A stretch of 64,000 nt of DNA, from assembly GCA_019057795.1 (NCBI GenBank), contig JAHLWS010000068.1:1-64000 (forward strand), written 5' to 3'. The notes below the pieces were generated by a model that searched no databases, was not told where the DNA came from, and was given only the letters and a program-made list of their open reading frames with translations. Position 1 is the stretch's first letter; each line of letters starts with the position of its first letter. A program made the position numbers and the translations under genes. Of the stretch, positions 1 through 8,638 are shown in pieces. The stretch is from Promethearchaeota archaeon (GTDB taxonomy: Archaea > Asgardarchaeota > Lokiarchaeia > Sigyniarchaeales > SOKP01).

Positions 1-185
1 GTTTCAATCTTCTTTTTGAAGCTATTTATTCTGTGACTTTTGAGATTTGTAAAATTATAGTGAAGCGTGGTCGAGTTTCAATCTTCTTTTTGAAGCTATT
101 TATTCTGTGACGTCCAAGATTTACAGATGCCAACGAAAAAATAGAAATGTTTCAATCTTCTTTTTGAAGCTATTTATTCTGTGAC
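1..185 (-). CRISPR. CRISPR array, leader-proximal end: 3 repeats of 37 bp and 2 spacers of 37 bp; probably continues left of the window
   Basis: Identical repeats at 1-37, 75-111 and 149-185. The minus strand reads GTCACAGAATAAATAGCTTCAAAAAGAAGATTGAAAC, with the canonical ATTGAAAC 3' end and a CTTC/GAAG stem. Spacers at 38-74 and 112-148. Confidence 0.97.
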
Positions 186-1208
186 TCTTATATATTATAT
201 TATAATAATGTAGGAACAAATATATATTTTTTTTCAATCTTTTAGTAAATATTTTAATCGATTAAATTAAGATTTAATTTTATTTAAAAAATAGGAATTA
301 GCAATTTTTTAGAATATTTCAGAAAAATAATACTAATTTTTAGTAGTTTAGACATGAACTTGAATCTTAACGCTTTTGAATTTTTATAATATCTTTCGAA
401 GATCAAGTAAAGTTAAGATCATTTAAAAGGAAATTCGGAGTAATTAAGATTTAATTTAGGGCTTATAATTTAATTTAATAGCAGGGATTTTACGATATGA
501 GTTGAATTGATCGATTAGAGGGAAGTTTTTATGATCTTTTAAATTCAAGACCATTTCTATTGGAAATGAATGTTAAGGCAAGTTCATTTGATAAAGAGAT
601 TTTACATTTGATAGAAGTTAATTGAACTTCATATAAATCAGAGTTTATTTAGCATATAAACTAAACTTCGGAAAAAAATAATTTTATATTCGAAATTACT
701 TTTATACTTTAAATATTATTTCATAAAAAAAGTTAGTAAAAAATTAGTAAATAATTAAGAAGAAAATTTAGATAATTAAAGATAGAGAAGAATTGGAGAA
801 ATTTTCTAATTTTTAATTATTAACACCATTGTGTATATAAAATTTATCGAAATAATTCTAAAATTTAATTTAACTCCTCGTGATTTGCAGTTTTAAGGTT
901 GCTAATTCTAATATATAAATCTAACTAAAAGAGATTTCAGATTAGTTTAGTTTTGGAAAAGTAAAGATTTAAAAACAAAAAATATATTAATATTTTTGTT
1001 AGCGACATAAATCTCAACACGAGATATACTCTTAAATTCAAAAAAGAATTGAATGTAGGAAATCAAATTTCAAAGATATTATAATAAGAAAGGAATCTAA
1101 AATATTTTAGTTCGTAAACACTGAAAGAAGAGTAAGAATTTTTAACGGGAATATGGATTCTTTTTTATCTTTTAAGAAATATAGAAGTAATTCGATGAAG
1201 GTATTTTC
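186..1208. promoter_or_regulatory. CRISPR leader plus divergent promoter region of the adaptation cluster
   Basis: About 1 kb, very AT-rich and ORF-free, lying 5' of the array in its inferred orientation and 5' of the first gene. Confidence 0.7.
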
Positions 1209-2525
1209 ATGGCTCTAAAATTTAATTCAATTGAATCTATTGCAATAAAGGAAGGATTAATAGGGGATGTATATGAAGGGACAAAAGGAGAACTTGATGA
1301 TTTTGTTATAAATGCATTATCTAATTATTATCCTATTAAAATTGTTAAGCGATTTATTTTCCGTCCGTTATTAGGAAGATGGTATCCATATATAGATGTA
1401 AAATCACCTGGTTATAGTATGCAATTATCATTATTTTTTGGAAAATTAAATATGACCTTTTCATTAGAAAAAATTTGTTCTGTATGTGGAACAGGATTAG
1501 CCTCTAAAAATTCGATTGATAATTATCTACCTTTAGGATTATGTGAAAAATGCCTTTTAAAATTAAATTACAATTACTGGTATTGTCTGAATAAGGTCAA
1601 AAATGAACACAATAGTATAGATCATTCAACTCAAACCCCTAAAGGGAATCAAATATGTGAAAATTTACTTATACCCTCGTGTGGTTTTCCTATGGTTTCG
1701 GAAAAAACGAATCCATGCTTAAAGAATCATGGTATTGGATTAGTAATAACAGATAACATTACGCTTAAAATAATAATTGGGACTTTAGATACTTTAAAAT
1801 ATAAAATAATACGCGGTGGAGGGATAATTGGAATAATTTTAGGTTATTCCGACAGAATTATGAATATTGAAATTTTAGGTGAAATTTTTAAAGATTTCTT
1901 ACAATTTATTCGTTCTTGTGCTAAAGAATTTAATGATAACACTAAATTTAGCTCAAGGAATTTTGATTTTTTCCAAGAAACAACAGTTAAAGTCGCAGTA
2001 AATCACGATATTCTCAGCTCTATCAATGAATCAAAGGAAAACACAATTAGTTGGTGGTTTTTAATAAATTTCCTAAGATATTATGGAAATTACGGAGCAA
2101 AAGTTCTTGTTAGGGATTTATTAAGGAGACCAATAATTATTTTAAAATTCATAGTTGCTCAATTATTAGAGAGTAAAATATTTAATTTTGAAATTCTGGG
2201 AGTCGTAGAAATTTTCAAATCTTTTTCTCCATTAAATCAATCTCTAAGGGATTTTTGTGAAAAAAGAATTCAGAAGAATTTTAAGATTGAGAGAATTAAT
2301 GATTTCTGGTCAACTTTTAGAAAATATTTAAGAAGAAGAGAAATATCCAATTTTTCGAATTTTTTTGACTTAGAATTCATTTCAGATTTAGAAAATATTG
2401 AGAAGGAATTAGAGATTAAAGAAGTGTTAACTTCTTTCGGTCCAAATTTAGTAATAGATTCAAATTTATCAAAAAATCCAATTATAATAAGTATAGATGA
2501 TTTGATCGGTAGAACGATATTTTAG
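1209..2525 (+). CDS. DUF2797-like Cys-rich protein, cas1-linked
   Basis: CSVCG..CEKC..C..C..C..CLKNH cluster followed by LKIIIGT..IIRGGG, and a C-terminal FGPNLVI..ISIDDLIGR, matching the DUF2797 layout. Its TAG abuts the cas1 ATG. Confidence 0.65.
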   Translation: MALKFNSIESIAIKEGLIGDVYEGTKGELDDFVINALSNYYPIKIVKRFIFRPLLGRWYPYIDVKSPGYSMQLSLFFGKLNMTFSLEKICSVCGTGLASKNSIDNYLPLGLCEKCLLKLNYNYWYCLNKVKNEHNSIDHSTQTPKGNQICENLLIPSCGFPMVSEKTNPCLKNHGIGLVITDNITLKIIIGTLDTLKYKIIRGGGIIGIILGYSDRIMNIEILGEIFKDFLQFIRSCAKEFNDNTKFSSRNFDFFQETTVKVAVNHDILSSINESKENTISWWFLINFLRYYGNYGAKVLVRDLLRRPIIILKFIVAQLLESKIFNFEILGVVEIFKSFSPLNQSLRDFCEKRIQKNFKIERINDFWSTFRKYLRRREISNFSNFFDLEFISDLENIEKELEIKEVLTSFGPNLVIDSNLSKNPIIISIDDLIGRTIF

Positions 2526-3623
2526 ATGAGGAAAGAAAGGATGGATATTATTTTAGAAACTCCAGGGACTCGTGTTGGAAAAAAATTAGAGATGTTAAAG
2601 ATTGATGTTTTAAATAAAAGCCCTATTCAAGTTCCTATTAGGGAAGTGGAGAGTATAATTATGGGAAGTGGAGTTCAGATAACATCTCAAGCACTTCAAG
2701 CATTATCTTCACATGCTGTGAATATTGTGTATACAAAATTAGGTAAACCCTATGGATTGTATACACCGTTTGCAAATGTAGGTACGGTATTTACGAGACG
2801 ACAGCAATTATTAGCTTACGAAGATTGGCGCGGAGTGTATTTAGCAACTCGATTTGTTTTTGCTACATTAGAAAATAAAAGGCGTTTACTTCTATATTTT
2901 GCTAAAAGTCGTAAAAAAACAAACCCAGCCAAATATATCCGTTTAAAAGCAGCAGCAAGACATATCGGAAAAATGATTGATGTGTTATTAAAATTTTCAA
3001 AAAACCAAGCAAAAGGTAAAAAAATTAGTGATGTAAGAATGAATTTAATGGGAATTGAAGGTCGTGCTACATCAATCTATTTTTTAGAATATGGAAACTT
3101 ATTTCCACAAGAATTTAAAGTATTAAATCGCACTCGCCGCCCTCCGAGGGATCCTGTAAACTCTTTACTGTCCTTAGGATATACTGTTCTATTGGGGCAT
3201 GTAATTACAGGAATTGCTGCAGCAGGATTGGAATTATATGGAGGATATTTACATAGCGATCGATCAGGAAAACCATCATTAGGATTGGACTTACTTGAAG
3301 AATTTAGGCAACCCGTAATAGATCGCCTTGTAGCAAGATTAATTCAGAAGAAACAATTTAAACCTAAAGATTTTATTAATAGTTTACACGGATTTCGGTT
3401 GAATGATGATAAAAGATCTTTCTATTACAAGAAATTAAGAAGTGAAATTAATGGAGGGAGCAACGAACCAGAAGAATTATTTGGACAACCTAAAGTTAAA
3501 GTTAGTAAAGATAAAGCCGTAAGGTTGAATTATAAAAGAGCAATGGTTCGACAAGCTAGGAGATTAGCAAACTATTTAATCGGGGCGACTTCTTCTTATG
3601 AACCATTTATAATGAATTGGTAA
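2526..3623 (+). CDS. cas1: CRISPR-associated endonuclease Cas1
   Basis: LMGIEG, RRPPRDPVNSLLSLGY, GYLH and DLLEEFRQPVIDR motifs; catalytic E/H/D present. Confidence 0.98.
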   Translation: MRKERMDIILETPGTRVGKKLEMLKIDVLNKSPIQVPIREVESIIMGSGVQITSQALQALSSHAVNIVYTKLGKPYGLYTPFANVGTVFTRRQQLLAYEDWRGVYLATRFVFATLENKRRLLLYFAKSRKKTNPAKYIRLKAAARHIGKMIDVLLKFSKNQAKGKKISDVRMNLMGIEGRATSIYFLEYGNLFPQEFKVLNRTRRPPRDPVNSLLSLGYTVLLGHVITGIAAAGLELYGGYLHSDRSGKPSLGLDLLEEFRQPVIDRLVARLIQKKQFKPKDFINSLHGFRLNDDKRSFYYKKLRSEINGGSNEPEELFGQPKVKVSKDKAVRLNYKRAMVRQARRLANYLIGATSSYEPFIMNW

Positions 3624-3701
3624 TCTTAAATTAATGAAAATAAAATTGGTAGCGAGAAATATTTGAATAAATTGAACAACAATTTTTAGATGTGAAATTG
3701 A

Positions 3702-3995
3702 ATGAAATTTATAATAATTTATGATATCCCAATCGAATTTGATCCAATTAGAGCAAAAATATCCAATGTATTACTCTCTTATAATTTAATTCGCTTAAAT
3801 TTTTCAGTTTTTTTCGGCAATTTAACATACAATCTTGCAGAGGAAATAGCTTTAAGGTTGAAGAAAATAATGGGAAAGGTTCCAGGAGATGTACGAATTA
3901 TTCCTATATGCAAATCTTGTCATTCAAAAGCAATTACAGTAAAATCAAAATTCGCTAATGGATATAAAATGATAGAAGATATCCTTTCTATGTAA
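3702..3995 (+). CDS. cas2: CRISPR-associated protein Cas2
   Basis: IIIYDI start, SVFFG, C-terminal IPICKSC; follows cas1. Confidence 0.95.
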   Translation: MKFIIIYDIPIEFDPIRAKISNVLLSYNLIRLNFSVFFGNLTYNLAEEIALRLKKIMGKVPGDVRIIPICKSCHSKAITVKSKFANGYKMIEDILSM

Positions 3996-4089
3996 TTTTT
4001 AGCACATTATCTTTAGAAACAATATTTAAAAGTAAGAATAAAAAATATAAAATTGTAAATAGACTAAACAATAAGAAAACCTTTAATTT

Positions 4090-4755
4090 ATGAATTCTAT
4101 AGATTCAGAAAATATAAAAGATTATATTTTGAATAAACATCAGTTTAATATTCTTAGATTAAATAATCCAATGATTAATTTATATGAAAAACCAATAATT
4201 GGGACTGAAGAAATAAGACAATTTTCATATTGTAAAAGAATTTTATTCTTTAGACATATAATCCATGCACCAATGAAACAATCATATAAAATGGAATTTG
4301 GAACTAAGAAACATAACATGCTTCAAAAGATTTCTAATAAATCGAAAGAGAATTATACTCAAAAATATTTTAACATTTATTTAACGGATCCTTTTCTCGG
4401 TTTAGTGGGACTTATTGATTATTTTGAGTTTAACGGAAAGGAAGCATATCCAGTAGAAATAAAATCTGGAAATATTCCTCTGGAAAATATTGATAATCCT
4501 CATAAACATCAAGTAACAGCCCAAGCAATATTAATTGAAAAAAATTTTGATTTTTTAGTTAAAAAAGTTCGTGTATATTATTCAAAATATAAAAAGATCG
4601 TTGATTACTCAATAGGAGTAGAAGATAAACTCAAAGTTATCGAAATAATTAGTGATATTAGAAAATTATTAGCATTAGAGCAAATACCCGACCCAACAAA
4701 AGATAGAGGGAAATGTATTGATTGTGAATGTCGAAATTATTGTTTAAGAGGATAA
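4090..4755 (+). CDS. cas4: CRISPR-associated exonuclease Cas4
   Basis: YCKR, GLID, VEIK, QVTAQA and CxxCxxxxxC Fe-S cysteines. Confidence 0.95.
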   Translation: MNSIDSENIKDYILNKHQFNILRLNNPMINLYEKPIIGTEEIRQFSYCKRILFFRHIIHAPMKQSYKMEFGTKKHNMLQKISNKSKENYTQKYFNIYLTDPFLGLVGLIDYFEFNGKEAYPVEIKSGNIPLENIDNPHKHQVTAQAILIEKNFDFLVKKVRVYYSKYKKIVDYSIGVEDKLKVIEIISDIRKLLALEQIPDPTKDRGKCIDCECRNYCLRG

Positions 4756-4778
4756 TTCTGGAAGAAGTGAAGATATAA

Positions 4779-5963
4779 ATGAAAGATATTTTTCAATCCA
4801 ATCCGCTCAAAGAATTTAGAATATTTATAAATAACTCTATTAACCAAATGAAAGAGTCTAAAGGCAAAAATGAGAAAATAGATATTAGTTATAATAATAT
4901 TTTTGGACTTAATATTTGCATCGATGGTATTAACATTGCGATAGACCATTGGAACCCTAATGCAGATATAATATTTGTATCACATGCTCATATGGATCAC
5001 ATCCCTTATATTCCAGAAAAAAACCTAAAAGATTTGGAAAATAAACAATCTCATATAAAATTTATCTGTTCTAAAATTACAAAAAAAATAGCAGAAGCTC
5101 GCACAAGAGGAAGATTTAATTTTCCTGAAAAATTATGGTTGCTTGGAAAAGATAAAAATTATCCTCAATCAATAGATTATAATGGAATTATATTAACTTC
5201 AATTGAGAATGGGCACACTTATGGCTCTTTAAGCTTATTAATTGAGGGTTCCGAAAAAATTCTTTATACAAGCGATTTCATTACAAAAGATCGCCTATTA
5301 TTTAATGGACAACAAGTTATTAAAGGGTTAATTCCAATTAATTGCGATCGATTAATCATGGAATGCACATTTGGGGCTCCAAATTTTATTTTTCCAAGTT
5401 TTCAAGAAATTCGAAAAGAATTAAATAAATATATAGAAAAGGAGATATCTAAAGGGCATCCCGTCATTATTTTAGGCTATGCCTTTGGTAAAAGCCAAAT
5501 TACTTTAAATATTCTAGACCCCTCCCATAGAATTATACTCGATAAAAATATCGTCAAATTAACGGATATTTTAGAAAATGAAGGAATTAAAATCACTAAA
5601 TGGGAACCTTACGGTAATTTTAATAAAAAACAATTAATACGCTTAAATGACTATATTCTTCTAATTCCCCCTTATTATATATTTAGAGAACCTTATAAAA
5701 GTCTAATTAATGCTGGAGCAAAAGTAGTCTATCTTTCAGGAAAAGTTTTAAATGAATCTTCCCGCAGAGAATTTCCCGCAGAAAAATATATCCCATTTAG
5801 CGACCATTGTGATTTTAATGATTTAATAGAATTTGTTGGTAGATGTAACCCCAAAAAGATATACTTAAAACACGGGAAAATCGAAGAATTTTCATATTAT
5901 CTATCAAAAATTAATAGAAATCAACAAATATTTTGTATTCGCGAGAAAATTAAATTAGTTTAA
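4779..5963 (+). CDS. MBL-fold beta-CASP nuclease
   Basis: SHAHMDH, GH, YTSD, ECTFG, YAFGKSQ, FSDH and KHG motifs. Confidence 0.9.
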   Translation: MKDIFQSNPLKEFRIFINNSINQMKESKGKNEKIDISYNNIFGLNICIDGINIAIDHWNPNADIIFVSHAHMDHIPYIPEKNLKDLENKQSHIKFICSKITKKIAEARTRGRFNFPEKLWLLGKDKNYPQSIDYNGIILTSIENGHTYGSLSLLIEGSEKILYTSDFITKDRLLFNGQQVIKGLIPINCDRLIMECTFGAPNFIFPSFQEIRKELNKYIEKEISKGHPVIILGYAFGKSQITLNILDPSHRIILDKNIVKLTDILENEGIKITKWEPYGNFNKKQLIRLNDYILLIPPYYIFREPYKSLINAGAKVVYLSGKVLNESSRREFPAEKYIPFSDHCDFNDLIEFVGRCNPKKIYLKHGKIEEFSYYLSKINRNQQIFCIREKIKLV

Positions 5964-6450
5964 TCAAACCAAATAATTTAAAAAAAGAATTATTGAAAGC
6001 TAAAATGATTAAAAATTATTAAATTTGTTAAGTTCAATAGTTTTATATAGAGCGATTATAAACATATTAAACCCATTTGAAAGATAAAATTTTATATTGA
6101 ATAATTTTTAATCATAACAATTAATAAAATCATTAAACTTATCAAAATGATTTTTATGATTAATTTGGGTATGCTTAATTTATAGTTAGGATTACCAATT
6201 TCAATATCTTGCTTTGAAAAATATTTTAACATATTTCAGAGCTAAAAAAGTAAAGATTTATACACTTATTTTTAATAAATCATAATGGATCATATCAATA
6301 TAATTATTAAAAAAGACATAGTTTCAAGAAAAAAATTATATTTTTTTATTAAAAAAATTTTTGAAGAGCATAATATTCATACTAGAGATTATTGTACAAT
6401 CAAAGACAGAGACGTATGCATAGTTATATTTGATGAATCTAAAGAAAAAT

Positions 6451-6547
6451 AAAATAACTAATTTAGCTTCAATTTGAAGATTGAAATTAATGTTTTATAA
6501 AGATTGTAAAAAGAAAAAAACATTAGCTTCATAAAGAAGATTAAAGA
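6451..6547 (+). CRISPR. Degenerate two-repeat mini-array (candidate regulatory crRNA-like RNA)
   Basis: TAGCTTCAATTTGAAGATTGAAAT (6464-6487; 20/24 to the repeat 3' part) and TAGCTTCATAAAGAAGATTAAAG (6524-6546), 60 nt apart, with the CTTC/GAAG stem kept. Confidence 0.75.
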
Positions 6548-6686
6548 AAATCTGATAAAAAATTAAAAATTTGTTAAGTCTTAAACATTTAAATATTAAA
6601 ACCCATTATTTAATATCAAACATAAGATAATGAACTCCTTGGAGAATAAATAAATTATTAAAGAATTTAGAAAACGATTTGTTAAT

Positions 6687-8207
6687 ATGATTGATAGCAT
6701 AGTTAATCTAGGAAAAGCCTTTGTAGCATTAGAAAGAAATATTGAATTTAATGATGTAAATTCATTAACTTTTAATGAAATAGTTCAATATTTTTCAAAT
6801 CCTCCTTTTAATTTGGATTATTTTATGAATGATATAGAAAATAACTATAAATTTCCAAATATCTTTTTCATTGAATTTAAAATTATTGACAATAATGTTG
6901 AATTTGTTAAAATTAGTAAGGAAATATATAAACAAGAATATGATGATAAAGTTCTAAATTATCCAGCAAGAGGAGGGGTTTATAGTACACCAACTTTAAA
7001 AATAATTCCCAAAGGAAAAAAAACAGATGACATTAAGAAAAAAATTGCAAATGGTATTGAAAATTCATTAAATCATATTAAGAAGTATTTTAATAAATTT
7101 GAAAAAGATAAAAAATACAAAGATTACACGCTTTTAACTAAGATAAGCAAAATTTTTGGAGAAAATTTTTCACAAATTAAACAGCAATTATTAGAGAAAC
7201 AATTAAAGATTTTTCCTTATGAGAATAAAATAAATACAGGTATTAATTCTCTACTTTCTATTAAAATTGATAATAAATTACCCTTTAAGATTAAAGAAAT
7301 AGTCGAAGCTTTTAATGAAAAATTAATGAGTGATTACGACTTTAAAAAAGTAAGTGAAATTAATATTTGTAGCTTATGCCATGATGATAATTCAGATAAA
7401 TTATTATCTGGAAATTTTTCGCCATTTACATTTTATACTTCTGATAAAAGAGGATATATAGCAAGTGGTTTTAATAAGAAATTTGCATATTTAAATTATC
7501 CAGTATGTAAAAAATGCGCGTTTTATGCACTTATTGGTGCTAATATATTAAAAACTCAATTCAATTTTAAACTTGGAGGAATTAAATTTTTCTTAATTCC
7601 ACGAATGTTACTTTCAGATGCTCATATGAAAAAATTCTTAATTCAATTCAGTGATGTTAGAAATAAATTATTTACTAAGAAAATTAGTTATGAACAATTT
7701 TCTCAAGGTGAAGAATTAATTCTTGATGTTTTGGCGGGTTTTAATAACTCTATGGTTTTCAATTTTTTATTTTACGAATTATCTGGTCCTGGTAATTCAG
7801 TATTCAATATATTATTACTTATTCAAGATGTATCTCCAAATCGAATTCAAACAATTAATGATGAAATAAAAAATGTTGATAGCTTTGATAGAAAACCATT
7901 ATTTCCTGGAGTAAATGGTGATAAATATCCTATGGTATTTTCATTTAAAAATTTAAGAAATTTATTTTATGATAAAAATTTAAGATATTTTGATAGAGAT
8001 AAATATTTACAAACCTTATGGATGCTTTTTACTGGAAAAAATATAATGTTTAAGAGACTATTAACATTTTTTTTTAAAAAATTAAAAAATAACTTATATT
8101 TAAATAATGCTAGTACAATCAATTTAAGCTATAATATTAAAGAATTTATTCCAATCGTTTTATTATTTGTGAAATTAAACCAATTAATAATTAAAGGTGA
8201 AAAATGA
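6687..8207 (+). CDS. cas8b: Type I-B large subunit Cas8b (Csh1/TM1802-like), lacking the C-terminal domain
   Basis: CSLC..FTFYTSDKRGY..NYPVCKKC..FFLIP..IQDVSP motifs; first gene of the Cascade operon. Confidence 0.9.
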   Translation: MIDSIVNLGKAFVALERNIEFNDVNSLTFNEIVQYFSNPPFNLDYFMNDIENNYKFPNIFFIEFKIIDNNVEFVKISKEIYKQEYDDKVLNYPARGGVYSTPTLKIIPKGKKTDDIKKKIANGIENSLNHIKKYFNKFEKDKKYKDYTLLTKISKIFGENFSQIKQQLLEKQLKIFPYENKINTGINSLLSIKIDNKLPFKIKEIVEAFNEKLMSDYDFKKVSEINICSLCHDDNSDKLLSGNFSPFTFYTSDKRGYIASGFNKKFAYLNYPVCKKCAFYALIGANILKTQFNFKLGGIKFFLIPRMLLSDAHMKKFLIQFSDVRNKLFTKKISYEQFSQGEELILDVLAGFNNSMVFNFLFYELSGPGNSVFNILLLIQDVSPNRIQTINDEIKNVDSFDRKPLFPGVNGDKYPMVFSFKNLRNLFYDKNLRYFDRDKYLQTLWMLFTGKNIMFKRLLTFFFKKLKNNLYLNNASTINLSYNIKEFIPIVLLFVKLNQLIIKGEK

Positions 8208-8638
8208 TAACCGAAATTATTACAGATGAAAATAATAAAGGAAAATATAGTGATATAATTAATAATTATTTTGAAAAGTATAAGGATTTTTTTAAAAATG
8301 TCGAATCTAGAGCAGTTTTTCTTGAAGGTGTTTTAGCGGGCCTTTTATTAGAAATTCAAAGAGTTCAAAACCCAGATAAGAAAGGTAATGAGGCTTTTTG
8401 GAGATCTTTACATAATTTACGGATAGATAATCGGATACTTCTAGAGCTTTTTCCAAAAATAATAAATAAATTAAAACAATTACAGCGTCCTTATACGAAT
8501 TTAGTGAGTGAAATATCAAAATTTTTACAAGATGCTGGTAAAAAATGGAATTTATCTAATATTGAACTTAGTTGGTATTTTACTCACGGATTAGCTTCAT
8601 ATAAATATTTTAAAATAAAAAGAGGTAAAAAAATATGA
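8204..8638 (+). CDS. cas11: Stand-alone Cas11-like small subunit (C-terminal domain of Cas8b)
   Basis: FLEGVLAGLLLEIQ..KLKQ..WNLS..ELSWYFTHG resembles the Cas8b C-terminus; GGTGA RBS and ATGA overlap. Confidence 0.8.
   Translation: MITEIITDENNKGKYSDIINNYFEKYKDFFKNVESRAVFLEGVLAGLLLEIQRVQNPDKKGNEAFWRSLHNLRIDNRILLELFPKIINKLKQLQRPYTNLVSEISKFLQDAGKKWNLSNIELSWYFTHGLASYKYFKIKRGKKI

Noticed and set aside
38-148. Self-targeting by the two spacers
   Set aside because: No match noticed within the window by eye; an alignment search is needed to exclude it.
231-260. TTTCAATCTT in the leader as a fourth CRISPR repeat
   Set aside because: Only 10 nt match, wrong spacing (45 nt), stem absent, AT-rich context.
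1209-3623. Casposon or Cas1-based transposon
   Set aside because: No PolB or terminal inverted repeats; Cas1 sits with cas2, cas4 and an array.
6315-6380. More repeat-like words (ATAGTTTCAAGAAAAAAATT; TTTTTGAAGAGC)
   Set aside because: Stem and handle are not preserved; not distinguishable from A/T-run background.
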